The notes beneath the pieces are model-generated. The model was not told the DNA's origin, did not search any database, and saw only the letters and a program-made list of their open reading frames with translations. The translations under genes were made by a program, and so were the position numbers. A stretch of DNA of 64,000 nt, taken from positions 60,884,001-60,948,000 of the forward strand of contig CM052827.1 in assembly GCA_028534125.1 (NCBI GenBank), in the 5' to 3' direction. Positions 12,601 through 25,926 of the stretch are shown here, piece by piece (within the stretch, counting starts at the first letter, position 1; each line of letters starts with the position of its first letter). The DNA is from Lama glama (lineage: Eukaryota).

Positions 12601-14329
12601 AAGGACTTAACAGAGAGAGTGAGGGGGAGAGAGAATGAATTGTGTCAAATATGAGCATGGTATCTCACAAGAAAGTTTCTATAGGGGAGATGGGTGCAGG
12701 CAGAAGGGAGATGCGTTATCTGTAACTTGTTTAAATACAATAATAATACCAACTAAAATCAGCCTGCTTTAAAAAAAAATCACTCTGCACCAGCAATTCT
12801 GTATCACGCCAGTGATAAAGTGCTCTTCCTCCTGGAAGCTCCTCTGTCCCTAACAAATTGAGGTTTTCATTATCAATTAAGCATTTTAAGACCCTTTACC
12901 TTCTGGTCTCTAACTTCTCTGCTTTCTGTACTTATCTCTCACGGACTCTCTCTTTCCAGTCCAATTGGACCAACCGTTTAATAGAGATATTCTGCACAGT
13001 CGTGCCTTCGCATTTTGATCATACAGTTTCCACCATCTGAAATGCCTTGTTGTCTCCCTTTCATTTATCTAGATCTTTCTTCTCCTTCATGGGCTCAGGA
13101 TGAGGGGTCTTTTCTGGTAAGCCTTTCTCCTCTGCTGGATTCCTGATCTCTCCCTTCTTGTGTTATGTAGCTATTAACCTAGATTGCCACTGCCTCCCAC
13201 TGAAAAGGAGGAGCTCATTCATGGAGCTTGGTCCTCCCCGCCACCATAATCTGGACCAGCTTTAGGTTTCCCTGTCATCCCTACACTGGGCGCCCACAAT
13301 TGTGCTTGGAGTTCCTGCTGTTCTGTTTCACAGAGTAAACGTAACTGGTGGGTAGCTTTTATTTTGAACTGTCTCTGAGACATGTGTATATTACCTTAAA
13401 TAGTGTATATTATGTATTATCAGTCAACCTTGGACATTTCAGAAAGAAGAAATGTGACCATATTGTGGGTGTGGGGGCAAATGACTGTGGTCTGTGTTTC
13501 AGAACTGAGTTCAGTCTGAAAGGCCCATGTGTGAGCTCTGGACTCAGATCCCATAGGAGCTATTTTTCAGTCTTTTTCAGTGGGATCTGGAATCCTTTGA
13601 TCTCTTCTTTGCTGGTGCAAAATGTAATGCAAGTTTTAGCATGTGATGTCTACACCCATTGTTGACCGCAGGAAAATACCGTTCTTTGAACTCAAACGTT
13701 GACCTTGCATCTATGTTTTAACCAACTTCTGCAAACACTATACTGTCAACATTCACTTTGGCATTCCACTAGAGAAATACATTTTTAGAAGGACATATCA
13801 TCTAACAGACTACTTCTGTTACTTCTTCTTGTTACTTTTTTTTTTCTATTTTTACTTCTTAAATGAATTGAGAAGATCATTAGAGAAAGTGTAAAATGTC
13901 AGTGTGAAATATCTCCCTTCACATCTTCATAGTCAACAAGTTAGCTGTGTACTGTGAGGTCCTTTGTGAAAACCTCAGCCAGATCCTAGGATCAGAGGCT
14001 CACTCTCCAGAAGTACAGGGGTCCAGAGGTGCTGGGGCTCTAAGGGGTGCTCCAGACAGAAAGAAGCCTGTTTTGACTCATGTGGCTCCTGCTCAGAAGG
14101 AATTCTGGAAATAAGGTTTGGTTTTTATTCTTCTCAGACTCCAGTGAGGTTGGACCTGAGTGTTCAGTCTCTCACTGCTTGTGGGAGTTGGGTGAGTAGA
14201 TCTTTGCCTCATCTCATCACTGATGAGAATTACTATCTTAGTTGTCTCAGGAGCCTTGTTCTGGGAGCAAATCAAAGTTCATCATTACCAAAGGCACACC
14301 AACATTGTGGTGAAGGAGAACATGGCAGA

Positions 14330-14625
14330 TGTCTTTAGCTATTGGAAACTTTGCCATATGAAAAAGGACTGAAACTTACTCCCTATAACCCCAAGGAATA
14401 AAATCAGGAACCATGATACTAGACTTCAGTCCAAAATAAATAGCAGAGCTTTCTACCAATCAATTGTCCTGATACAGAGTGGACTGTTAGTGTTGATGCT
14501 GAGTTTTCCATGACGTGAGATACTCGCACAAGTGGGAATTCTGCAAAGTGTTCAAATATCAGGGAATGATGTGAATACATAAATTCTAGTTCTCCTTCTT
14601 ATCCATAGGCTATAATTTTGTGACT
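14330..14625 (+). mobile_element. L3/CR1-like ancient LINE fragment
   Basis: gccatatgaaaaaggactgaaacttactc...gagctttctaccaatc...gagttttccatgac resembles the L3 3' region. Confidence 0.4.
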
Positions 14626-15353
14626 CTGCCTTTTCTTTTCCCAAATCTGTTGATTAACCAGTCAGAATTTTTCAAACATGTCAAATTCAAATGAACCAAT
14701 ATATGAAAAACAAGCTGTTTTTCTTCTCTCTCTTTCTTACTCTCATTTTATTGTAGACTCTGGTCTTGTCTTCTAACTTCTACCCATTAGGGACATAGAA
14801 GGAATAACCTCCAAGTACAAAAGTATATGGTATGAAAACAGTACACATATAAAAAAATCACATGGGATTTTGGAAGACTATGTGCAGAATTTCACTTTTT
14901 TTTTTTTTAAAGCTTGGAAAGAAAGGCAGTCTTGTAATGAAGTCTTAGGTGGCATGTGAAATGAGGAATCAGGCATCTGGCTTTCCTGCTGTGTTTCTTA
15001 TCAGTGGAAAGCTTTATTCACATACTGAACAATTCTTTTTCTCAGCCTGGGTGGTCCCAAGAGAGGGACTGAATGAAGAATTGGTGGGAAGCACAAGTGC
15101 TGTGTCTATTCTGCCTTCTATTCAAGGGGTAAAAAGGAAGTTACAAACTTCTTTAGATGTCTGACTCACATGTTACATGCAGGCAACTTCCTGTATCACA
15201 AGAAAAAGAAAATTGACTCTCTGTCCTTTCTTAGTGTGGGGTTAAGTTTAGGCTCTGCAGTGAAGTGGTTTGAAGATCCTTAGAGGGAGGGTAGTATTAA
15301 GCCTGCTGTAGGAATGTTCAAACCACTGGGTTGGAGGAAGAATGATGTGTGAT

Positions 15354-15752
15354 TGTATCACTCTGTGACAGAAACCACATAGTAATTAGTTACCTGAACA
15401 GGGAAAGTTACATATAAAGAATTGTTGAATATAACAGGGGATTCAAGTAGTTAAAAATTAGATGGTATAAACTAAAGAGAACTCTAAAAAAATACAAGAA
15501 TAGCATATGCAAGGAGCAGCCACTACCTGGAGGGCTGAGATACACACACTTTGTTGGAGAAGACACAGTATGTGTCACTAGAAGGCAGAGAACTGACTGG
15601 GGTACTCACAGGTGGAATTTGCTGGAAATCTGAATCTAGGGTTCCAGGGAGAGCTGTTCATGAGGAAGTGTCTCCCCAGAGGTTACTCTCCGACAAAACC
15701 ACCGAAGGGAGGTGCCGGGGAAGCTGCTGGCTGTTGAATTCTGCTGACTGCT
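15354..15752. mobile_element. LTR78-like ancient LTR fragment
   Basis: tgtatca...gacagaaaccacatagtaa...gaacagggaaagttacatataaagaattgtt...aggagcagccactacc...gggctgaga. Confidence 0.5.
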
Positions 15753-15759
15753 TTTGGTT

Positions 15760-16590
15760 TCATTTATTTCTTTTCTTGTTGTCCTCAGTTCCTTTGATTT
15801 TTGCTCTTTTTACTATGTCCTTCCTTATGCTTGGTTTGTAATTATTTTACTCTTCCTTTTTCTAGTTGTCTTAGATTAGAAGCTTGGATCATTGGTTTGA
15901 AGTTTTTCTTTTATAGTTATGAGTGTGTAGTGCTATGAATTTCCCTTAATTACTGCTTTAGGTTCACCCCAGATTTTGATACCTTGTGTTTTCATTTCCA
16001 TTCAGTTTAAAATCTTCTTTAATTCCCTTTGTGATTCTTTTTTTTTTTTTACATTCACCTTTTCTCTTTCTGTTTCAATCTGGCTGATTTCTATCGATCT
16101 CTTTTAAATTTCATTTCTTCTTTTCTTAGTTGTGTTAAATCTCCCACTGAACCCATTGAAGGAGTTCCTCAGATGTCATTGTATTTTTTACTTACAGCAT
16201 TTCCTTTTGCTTTTTTTGTGTAGTTTCTGCTGAAATTCCTGTATGTTCATACATGCTTTCCAGCTTTCCCATTAGAGTCTTTTGCATTTAAACATAGTCG
16301 TTTATAATCCCTGTCTAATACATAGACATCTGGGTCATATCTGAATCTGGTTTTGGTGATTGCTTTGTCTCTTGACAGTGTTTTTTAAATTGCTTCTTCA
16401 TGTTTCTTCTAGGTTTTGTATGCATGATATTAATCTTGTGTAGAAATGTGGAGATGGAGGTAAATGGAATCTGCAAATAGGAGCTTGGAAATTGTTACCC
16501 CTCTTACCTTGCTAAACCTTTTGCATGGAGATTGAGTTAATCTAGTCAGAAATTGAGCTGGGTTTGTGTTTTGTTGTTATCATAGTTACT
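15760..16590 (-). mobile_element. Old L1M fragments (ORF2 and ORF1/5' parts)
   Basis: T-rich; gtgctatgaatttccc...actgctttag...gattttgata...gttttcatttccattcagttt and catctgggtcatatctgaatctggttt are typical reverse-strand L1M text. Confidence 0.65.
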
Positions 16591-18098
16591 GTCTGTGCAC
16601 ATTCCTTGGTGCATTTGCATGTTCCTGTTACGGGGTCTTCCTACCAGCAATTATCTTCCAGTGGCACCGTTGCTCATTCTATTGTGTCTAATAGTATTTA
16701 ATAATATGTTATGTTTAACTGTACTAGGGCTGTACCTGTGGTGGTCTACTCACTTAGTATACACTTGTATATTTCTTTTATAACTGATGGAAGTAAAACC
16801 AAGTTCTGGTGACCTATGCCTGAAATGCAGAAGCAGAGACTGGTTACATAGCCTCATCCTTCATCCCCACCCTTGCCTCTTCCCTGCTCCTGCACAACAC
16901 ATAGGCACTTCTAATATATGCACATTCTCTTTAGTGCACAGTCATACTGGTTTCTTCTTGGCTTCTTCAATTCAACCCATGTAGAAGAATGTCTTTGTTT
17001 CCCTCTTGTTTTATAGCCTGATTGTTCCTCCTTGAGAAGACATTAAAAAGAAATTGTCATCCTACTTTTCAGGAACTTATACACCACTTCTATTTACCAA
17101 AGACCAAAATTGCTCCCTTTTATTCAAGAATTTATTTATTCCATTTTCCTTTTAATGACAGCTGATGGTTTAATATTTTAAAATTTCATATATTTCTGAG
17201 AACAGAGGTATAAATGTCCTCTTCCCATCTTGAGAGCTACGCATCTTGATGGCTAGGGACTCTGAAACACATCCTTCCCCATTTTTAGTGTCAGTGCCTA
17301 ATGGAGTCAAATGTAGACAGTATCCTATTTCCTATTATGTTCTCAAGTTCACACAAAGATGCCAGAATTAACACTGTTCCACCCACAGTGCTCACTACCA
17401 AAAGGGGAACATCTTTACTGTTGAATAAAAACAATCAAAGAAGGAAAAACTTAAAATACTGACTTTGGAAACTATCGAAAATTCTTGAATTGGTGTCAGA
17501 AAATCAAGATTCACGTGGTTCAGAAAAGCTTTTGACAAAAAGCTTTTCCTGGCTGCACCGCATCACTGATTTCCTTCTTTGATCATATTTCCTACCTTCT
17601 GTCTCTATCATCAACGGTATTTCTATTAGGAAGAGTTATTCTCTCCTTCTTCCTTCCTAGGTTAGCCTGAGAGCATTCTCTAACATCCCCTGAATGAATT
17701 TCTTTCAAGACAGTTAAAGGTACAGGCAACTATCCTCTTGCTCAGATGAAATTCATGGTTTCACATTTGTTTGGGCACCTGAACTCCTTTAGTAAGGAAA
17801 AATGTAATGTTTCCATTCAGGGTATAAGGATATTCACAAAGCATTTGTCCTTATTTGGGGATGGGTGGTCAAGGACAGAGCTTACTTTAGTACAGATGCG
17901 TTTTTAATCATTGCTGTAAGAAATAAACATCTTAGATAAGACCAGAGACAAAGAGATTCTTTCGGACAATTATCCTCCATATGGATCTGTGTTGTCATCA
18001 TTTCTCTTTCTAAAAAAATCTCTCAAACATTATTCCTGGGAATTCTGTCCCCTATTTTTACCTCACACCAGTCAAAGCTATTAATTTCTGGAGCTGGG

Positions 18099-18572
18099 TG
18101 TATTACCCCATGTAACAGGGTCAGGACAGAAGCATTGACTTACAGTGACTTGAATAACGTAGATACTTACTTCTCTCTTGCATTTGAGAAATGTGGAAGA
18201 TACAGCGTAGGACTGAATGGCATTCCACAGGGGTAGGGAAAGATGTGGGTTTCCATCTCTTTGCTACCTTTCTTGTGCATTAGTCACCATTCTCAAGTTT
18301 GCTGATGGTCCAATAGAGCTACATTCCAGTCAGGAAGTAGAAAGGGCTAAATCAAGGTGAGCACCCTTTCTTCAAGAACACTTCCTGGAAGATGCTTTAC
18401 ATCACCTTCACATAGGCCAGCTCTCAGTCACATGGCCACACCTGGCTGCACGAAGAGAGGGGGAATGTCTACATGTCGAGCTGCCGTATGCTCAGCTAAA
18501 TTTGGGGATTTCTGGCACTAAAAGGAAAAGGGAGGATGATTTCGGCAAACAGTCATTGATGTCTGCCCCATG
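18099..18572 (-). mobile_element. MLT1J/K-like MaLR LTR
   Basis: acagtgacttgaataac...tacattccagtcaggaag...cacttcctggaag...tcacatggccacacctggctgca...ctcagctaaatttgggg. Confidence 0.7.
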
Positions 18573-19873
18573 CCACGTTGATATGCTGCACATTTTAAAG
18601 AAACATATCACAGAAACCAGTCAAATTCAGAACTGAGAATCCCATTTATTCTAAAAGATAATTTATAAATTCAGTTGCATGCCATTCGTATGTTAGAGCA
18701 GCCTGCACATCATAGCGATTTTGAATGCAATTCTATTCTCACACCTCAATATATAGCTCAATAGAATTAAAATCTATTCACAGTCATTTTGATACAAGCC
18801 TAGAGTCATTTCCTCATAAAAACTAACATGAAAAATATGAAAGTTACTGATTAATATGTCTCAATAAATTCTATAACAGTTTTAGTATATGTGTTCATAT
18901 CATTAGGTGTATTAATATTTTATCTTCTGCTTGTTAGACCAGTTTTATGTTCTGTGGTGTTACATCCACAAGAGTTAAAAGAATCCAGTGATCTGTAATA
19001 ATCGGAAGAATCAATAAGAATTCTTTACACTCAAATTAAAATGTTAAAGGAAATATTTAATTGAGGACTGCATCTGATTAGAATTACATTGGCACTACTC
19101 TGCATCCTCAAATTGATTTGTATGAATCCACAAGTTTGTCTTCTCGTTAACAAAATATATGCCAATTTTAAACATAGCCATTCAAGATGAATCAGATTAA
19201 AAATCAACTCTTAATTATCAAGGGAAATTTTAATTTCTATTTAAATTTAAAGCAATACCTTTCACCAAAAAGTTCATTCAGTTAATTCTTTAGATCACAA
19301 AAAATTTTGTCCTGACCCCATTCACTCTCAAATCATTGTTCCATTCCTCCACTTTCTTTTGGACAAAAACTCTTTGAAATATTATTCTATATTTTGTGTA
19401 TTCAATTACCCTCCTCCCAATCTGTCCTGAATCAACTTCGGTTAGGTTTCCCCCCTCCCCCGCCATTCCGCTCAACCTCTGTCAGTGACTTCTAGTTTTC
19501 TAAATCCGATGGTCACTTTTCAGTACTCATCTTATTAATGCATCTGCAGCATTGGTACCATTGATCACTTCATCCTTTTTGAAGTTCTTTTCCCTCTTGG
19601 CCTCCAGGACACTGCATGCTTCTTGTCTTTCTCTTATCTCAATGGCCTTTCATTTTCGGTTTCTTTGGCTGATTCTTCCTCATCTTACCAAACTCTTAGT
19701 GTAGAAGTGCTCTGGAGCTTACACTTGAACTTGGTTTTCTCTGTGTGCTCAAGGTCTTAACAAGTCTGGTGGTTTTAAAAACAGTCTCTACACTGATGAT
19801 GAAACGGTTTACAACTATAACCTGAATATTTCCCCTAAACCCAGACTCATTGCAACTGCCTACATGACATTTC

Positions 19874-20134
19874 AACAGACATAGGAAACAAATTTATGGT
19901 GACCAAAAAGGAAAAGGGGGGAGGGATCAATTAAGACTTTGGGGTTGGCAGATACAAACTACTATATATAAAACAGATAAACAGCAAGTTCTTATTCTAT
20001 AGCACAGGGAACTACATTCAATATCTCGTAATAACCTATATGAAAATGAATATATGTATGTGTGTGTGTATGAATCACTATGCCATACATTAGAAACTAA
20101 CACAGCATTGTAAATCAACTAAACTTCAAAAAAA
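19874..20134 (+). mobile_element. L1 3' end (cetartiodactyl type) inserted in L2
   Basis: acagacataggaaacaaatttatggtgaccaaa...agatacaaactactatatataaaacagataaac...cattgtaaatcaactaaacttcaaaaaaaa. Confidence 0.9.
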
Positions 20135-20559
20135 ATCTAATAATAATTTTCAACGTAATTCATCTAAAACTGAGCACCTGGACTGTGCTCTAAGACTTCC
20201 TCCACAGTCTTCTTGAACTTAGTGATACCTCCATCATGCCAGTTGATCCAGCCCAGAGCCTTGGAGTCATTCTTGAAGCTGTTTTATACACCATATGTAA
20301 TCATTTAGCATTACCTCTTAGCATTGCCTTCAGAGAACATTCAGTCTCTGACCATTTCTCACCATCGCCACTGCTCTCATAATAAACCAAGCCACAGACA
20401 GCTGTTGTCTGGGGATTATTGCAATAGTTTCCTACCTGTTCTTTCTTGTTCTCTTGGCCACTATCAGTTTCTTCTTATTTGAGCAGTCATGTCATTTCTA
20501 TACTCAAAACATGCCAATAGCTTTCCATTTTCACTCTTCGTAATAGCTGAAGTCTCTCT

Positions 20560-21112
20560 GAGATTCTTGTCTGCTGTTCTCCTAGAAACTTTCTGCCCTG
20601 CAAGTCACGGGGCTCTGCATTTAGCACTATAGACGGGGTCAGAGAGAAATGAGCTCTTCTGGGAGCTTCCCAGACACAGCGGGGAAAGTTGGGTGCTTAC
20701 ACAATCCTCTCCTGTTCCTTTGTGGGATAAATCACGGGCCAAGGAAGATCTTTCTTGGCCCTAAGCTGTACCACCTTGGGAGACGGTGACACAGCTGAAG
20801 TCAAACTGCTCCTCTTACCTACTCCACTGTGTCCTAACTTGTTTGTTTGTTTGTTTCTGCCCCAACAGTAAGCTGGAACTTCTCTTCTGGAAACCCGTAC
20901 TTCCACAGATGCTCTCTCATCCACGTCTGGTTGTCTAAGTTGGCATTCTCCAGGGGCTCCCAGACTGCAGACCAAGAGAGGCTGGAGCGGGTTCACAGGC
21001 CACTGCAGGGTCCGCAGCTGAGACTGAGGTCTGTCTGCCTCTTACCCTACGCACAGGTGGGTAAGTGTCCTCCCGGGTCCCACGGTGTATGGCGCTGGAT
21101 CCCACAGCTCCC
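20560..21112 (-). mobile_element. L1 5'UTR fragment (GC-richer, laurasiatherian L1M type)
   Basis: aagctgtaccaccttgggaga...ttctccaggggctcccagac...ccactgcagggtccgcagc...ggcgctggatcccacagctccc matches recalled reverse-strand L1 5' end text. Confidence 0.6.
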
Positions 21113-22834
21113 TCACCCTACCCTGCTGTGACGCTGACGTCACTTCTCACTGTAACCTTGTATTTTAACACCCCTGCTTCTTTGGCCTTCTTCTTGTCTC
21201 CAGAAGTTTTCTTTAAAACCAACTAGGGAGGAATATTTCTCATATCTCTGAATAAGAAACAGATAAGCCACTAAAACAATAATAAAGAAAAAAAAAAGGA
21301 TTAGCCCCATCCAACTGAGTTAAAAATAAACAAAACACCGATTCACTAGAAATTATTGGTAAGAGGATTGTGCTTTGAAATGCCTGCTTTAATGAATCAG
21401 AGGCAAATAAAAGCAACTGAATAAAGTATCTATTACAGAAAAATCATTTCACTTAACCCAATTTAGAGTGAATGACCTCAACTGCCTCTTTGAGCGTGGG
21501 AAGGACCCTTCCACCCGATAGTGGCTCCAGGGTGTAAGTGGGTAAACTTTCAGTGAAGGAATTTTTTTTAATTAAGGAAGGCTGTATGGCGAGAAGGTTT
21601 GAGGTCTAAGAAAGACTTTTCCTACAAAGAAGCAGTGTGAGAAAACTTTGGGTCGAAGTAAATGGCATGTGTGAAAGTTGGAGGTGAGACCACGAAAGAC
21701 ATTACGGGAAGCCGAAGTTCCTTTTGTGTAACCACAATAGCATGGGTGAGTGGAAAACATGTAATGCCAAAGGAGTGTAATTTTCTGAAGTTTTGTGACC
21801 CAACCAGCAGTTTTATTTTGATCCTGTAAGACTTTCTGAGAAGGAAAGTATGTAGTGATCCTGTGACCGGGTGGGTCTTTACTCCTGGCTGAGTTTCCAG
21901 GTCATTCAGTTTCCTCACCCGTAAAATGCAGGTTTAACTGCAGAAGTCCTTTTCAGCTTAAAAATAATTTATAAATCAACAACAAGTAGAGTAAGAATTG
22001 CTCTAAAACCCGAGATGTAAGAATATCATGCAGCCTTTTTCTCTAGGTGAAATGAAATCTGGTGTATTTATTCAACAAATAATCATTTAATGACTATTAT
22101 ATGCCATGGGTGTGCTCAGTTCTGAAGAAATTTTTGGAAAAGAAGGCAGACAGACTCTTGCCCTCCGGAAATTTTCCTAGCTTTCATTTTCCAAGGATGA
22201 AGTCTAATATCACTCATTTTTCACAGGTCCTGCCCTGTGTCTTGGGTTATTCCAAACCTGTGATTTACACAGCCCGGGAAAAATAAGAGAAATCCTTGGC
22301 TTTCTGTGTATGGCCCCCACAACTGCCATTGCCTTCTGTCTGATCATAAGATACTGTTGAAAATGCCTGGCTCTGCAGGTGGCATCCCTTCTTAAGAACA
22401 AAGTGTTGTTCTAGGAACTTTTGCCAAGGCTCCTTTTACCTCTGTTTCCACAGGGACTCATGTATCTGTCAATGTCTTAGATCCTGTTCTTTTTTTTTTT
22501 TTAATAATGCTATGAATAGGTTAGCCAGTGTATGCTACCCCACAAAACCCCACCTTCGTCCATCTCTCTAGTCTCTGAGAATCAAGCTACCATGAAACTT
22601 TGAACGACTACCCTGCTCAGTTCTCAAGGCTACCGCCTCCACCGTGTCCTGCTCTGGGCAATGTAGTCCTTGTCTTCTTACGGCCGAAGGCTGCAACCAG
22701 TGGCCCAAGAATGGAGTCTAACTCACAGATGGGCTTGTCCTCCAGGTGCTACAGTCTCCACCACTCCCTTTTGATTCCCCAAAATACACTGGAAAATCTG
22801 CGTCATCATTCTTTCACTGTTGCTTTTCTTACAT

Positions 22835-23115
22835 TTGTGGATAAGAGCACAACTCCAAAAATTCAAGACTGTTCAAGTTTAAATCCAAGCTCCGTCACTC
22901 ACTATTCAGTCAACTTGTTTAGCCTGTTTATCTCCGTATTTCCGTTTCTCCACCTTCAGATTGCAGATGAATAAAAGACACCGGTCTCATAAGGACTGTA
23001 AGGTTGTAAGGATTAACTGAATTAGTGTACGTGTGGCACTGAGAACCATACGTAGCACATAGTCAGTGCTCTGTAGGTGTTTTTATTTTATATTATTACT
23101 GCTTATTATTTATCA
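22835..23115 (+). mobile_element. MIR SINE, near full length
   Basis: gtggataagagcac...ttaaatccaagctccgtcactcacta...ttgtaaggattaactga...gcacatagtcagtgctc...attattact. Confidence 0.8.
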
Positions 23116-24265
23116 CTATTACTGACCTGGCTTTTTTAAACATTTGAATGAGGTCAATGGACCAGATCTATCCACATAAAGGTCTTAGTGAGAGTTTTCT
23201 TCAAAGTAGTTCTACTCTCAGCCACACCCTACCAAGGTTTTCGGCCTTTAACAATAAAAATGATTCACTAGATCCTTAGAATTTAAAGAAAAGGTCTAAT
23301 GGAAAATTTTTTTGGAGGAAGGAGGTCTGTGAAGATTTATCTCTCATTCCTTTGATGTGACTTTTTAAAAAAATTACCCTATTTAAGAGGCCAGAGGAAG
23401 TGTACCAAGTTTCTAGCTCTGAAATCTGCACGGATTTCCTAACTCTGTCCCTTACTTAGGCATCACCAAGAAGATGTTTCTGCTACATTGAGAAATTGGC
23501 TAAATTTTTCTCCCCATCTGTTTCCTAAGACTAAATGGTGGCTTTTCATTCCACATCACTTATAACTCGAGGTAATTGGAATTGCTTCTTCAAGTCTCAG
23601 GCTTAACCTGTTAGCTGGCTTGTCAATAATCCGTTTTCTGTGATGAGTCAAAAATATTTTTCACTTGGTGAATAAAATATGTATATTTCATTTTATCGAA
23701 CCATTTCAAGTTTCTAGAGTTGAATTGCTGATATCTTGAGATTCTTTGCACCTGCTTAATTTTGATACATGACCTCTACATCGCTTTGAAAGTCAAACGT
23801 CTCATGGGGGAGATTTTATTTTAATGTACACATTGGCAGGTTTCACAGGTTCATAAGCTCTTTCTTTCATGTGCAGAGAATGAAAAGAAATGATCCTTTG
23901 CCAGCCTGTCAGCCAGAGTTGCATTACCTATGTCTGACCATGTCCCTTAGGTAGACACAGAGACCAGGAGCAACTGGGTTTTATTTCTTGCTATGACATT
24001 TTGTCGACATTTATAAGGAACCATGGTTGTGGATCTAGAAATAAGGTACATGTAGAGACCAGGAGACCTAATTTCAGAAACGGCCTGAATGAGCCTCTGA
24101 TGAAATGGGCAGATCCTAATCCAGCTTCTTGTTGCCTTATCTTCTGGGTAATAAAACCCTGCCACTGCCCGGGGGAGGAAAGGCCATTCTGTAAGGCTGC
24201 ACCTCGGACACTTTCTCCCTTCTGCATATACTGGTCCTGCCGTGCGCTTTAGGAATCTGGACATC

Positions 24266-24290
24266 GGGGGCGGGGGCGGGGGGGGGGGGG
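24266..24290 (+). repeat. G-run G5CG5CG13 (potential G-quadruplex)
   Basis: Read directly: five G, C, five G, C, thirteen G. Confidence 0.85.
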
Positions 24291-24479
24291 TGAAGGTGGC
24301 GAGGGATTGAAGAAATCAGGGAACGGGGACATTTTTTAAAGTGTTTCAGAACGACAACTGCAGTGAGGCACGCCAGAGAACACGTTTGCTGTGGTGGTGG
24401 CTGTAGTTGTAGTTGTGGTGGTGGCTGTAGTGGTGCAGGCCTAGAGACTGGTCAAAAGAAGGTCAAAAGAAAAGAAAAA

Positions 24480-24700
24480 AGAAACATATTAACTATGTTC
24501 CAAGAATTGCGTTCAATGCTTTACAAATGTTACCTCTTTTTACCCTACAATAATGCTATGAGATAAAAACTAATTTTTTTGTGTGCCTGTTGTAAAGGTG
24601 AGAACATTTGGGATCGAACAGGCAAAGTAACTTGTCCAGGGTAACCTGTCCAGTGAGGGCAGAACTAGAATGAAACCCAGTCTGTTTGTTTTAGATCACA
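24480..24700 (-). mobile_element. MIR SINE
   Basis: atgctttacaaatgttacctc...aaggtgagaac...aagtaacttgtccagggtaac...gaaacccagtctgt. Confidence 0.7.
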
Positions 24701-25567
24701 CAGCGAGAGAAGCAAAGCCTATTGTTCTCAGGACTGCCCTGAAGTATGGACAGTTCTATTTTATTGATTGTTTATGGTAGACTTACAGACCATGTAAAGT
24801 TACTAAGCTCTTTTTAGGAGTATTTCTTTTTGGTGTTGCCATGGCTTTAAATGCAATTTTAGAAGTTCCCTCCCTTCATGTTTAAAAATTATGGTAACAT
24901 TGACGACTATGTTGCTAGTTAGGCTCTGGTGAATATGTCTTCTTCAGGTAGCAGGGACTTACTTTGCGTGTTCATGGAGAAATGAGGAGGCAGAGGAAAC
25001 TGTTTTCTAAATGTCACAGTGAAATCCGATCTATGGAAAACTGGAACATTTTTCAAGATTCGACAACTGGTCTGAGACCAAATAGCAGTTCTTGTGACCT
25101 GGCTGTTTTGTCATCCACTCGGAAATGCGAATCTGTGAATTCTTGCTCGGGGCACTCCAGTTCCCTCAGCTGAGGCCCGTACAGAAGGGACAAAACATGA
25201 CAACTTTAATAGAAGACATTGTCTCCAATTGTTTTCCTCACTGGGGGATGCTGAGGACGTGATATGTACTTAGACACCTCCTCAGTAAAGCTCACGTTTG
25301 CAATACAAATTTACAGCTGTATTTACTGTAATTGCTGTAAAATAAAGAAATGACTTGTATTTATAAGTTTGTACTAAAATGATTACAATATAAACTGTCA
25401 AGAAATAGGATGCTTTTTAACTTCTAGTTGAAAATAGAGATTGAGGTTGTTTGAAAACTTAGTGATTTTTCCACTTAGATTGTTAATTAGACAACCTCAT
25501 TAAGAATCGAGTAAACTTTCATTTCTAGCTTTAGCATTGGGCATCTTGTTTAATCATAGTTCTTGCC

Positions 25568-25926
25568 TGCAATGGACTGAATGTTTATGTCCTTTCAAAA
25601 TCCGTATGTTGAAATCGTAGCCACCTAAGATGGGAACTTTAGGAGGTGATTAGGTTCTGAGAGCAGAGACCAAATGCATGGGGTTAATGCCTTTTATCAA
25701 AAAGACCTTGGAGAGGTCCCCCACCCCTCCTCCATGAGAGGTTATAGTTAGCAGGTGCTAGAACCAGAAATTTGAACCNNNNNNNNNNNNNNNNNNNNNN
25801 NNNNNNNNNNNNNNNNNNNNNNNNNNNNNNNNNNNNNNNNNNNNNNNNNNNNNNNNNNNNNNNNNNNNNNNNNNNNNNNNNNNNNNNNNNNNNNNNNNNN
25901 NNNNNNNNNNNNNNNAGACTAAGACA
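25568..25926 (+). mobile_element. MLT1A0-like solo LTR spanning a 137-N gap
   Basis: Starts tgcaatggactgaatgtttatgtcc and ends agactaagaca; 5-bp TSD ttgcc (25563-25567) versus tagcc (25927-25931); N at 25779-25915. Confidence 0.85.

Larger units (their letters stand above)
19400..21205 (+). mobile_element. L2a LINE, interrupted twice by L1 fragments
   Basis: RT relic ctcatctta...tctgcagcattggtaccattgatcacttcatcc (degenerate LILLDLSAAFDTVDH); continues with ccttggagtcattcttga and ccatttctcaccatcgccactgct; resumes after 21112. Confidence 0.75.
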
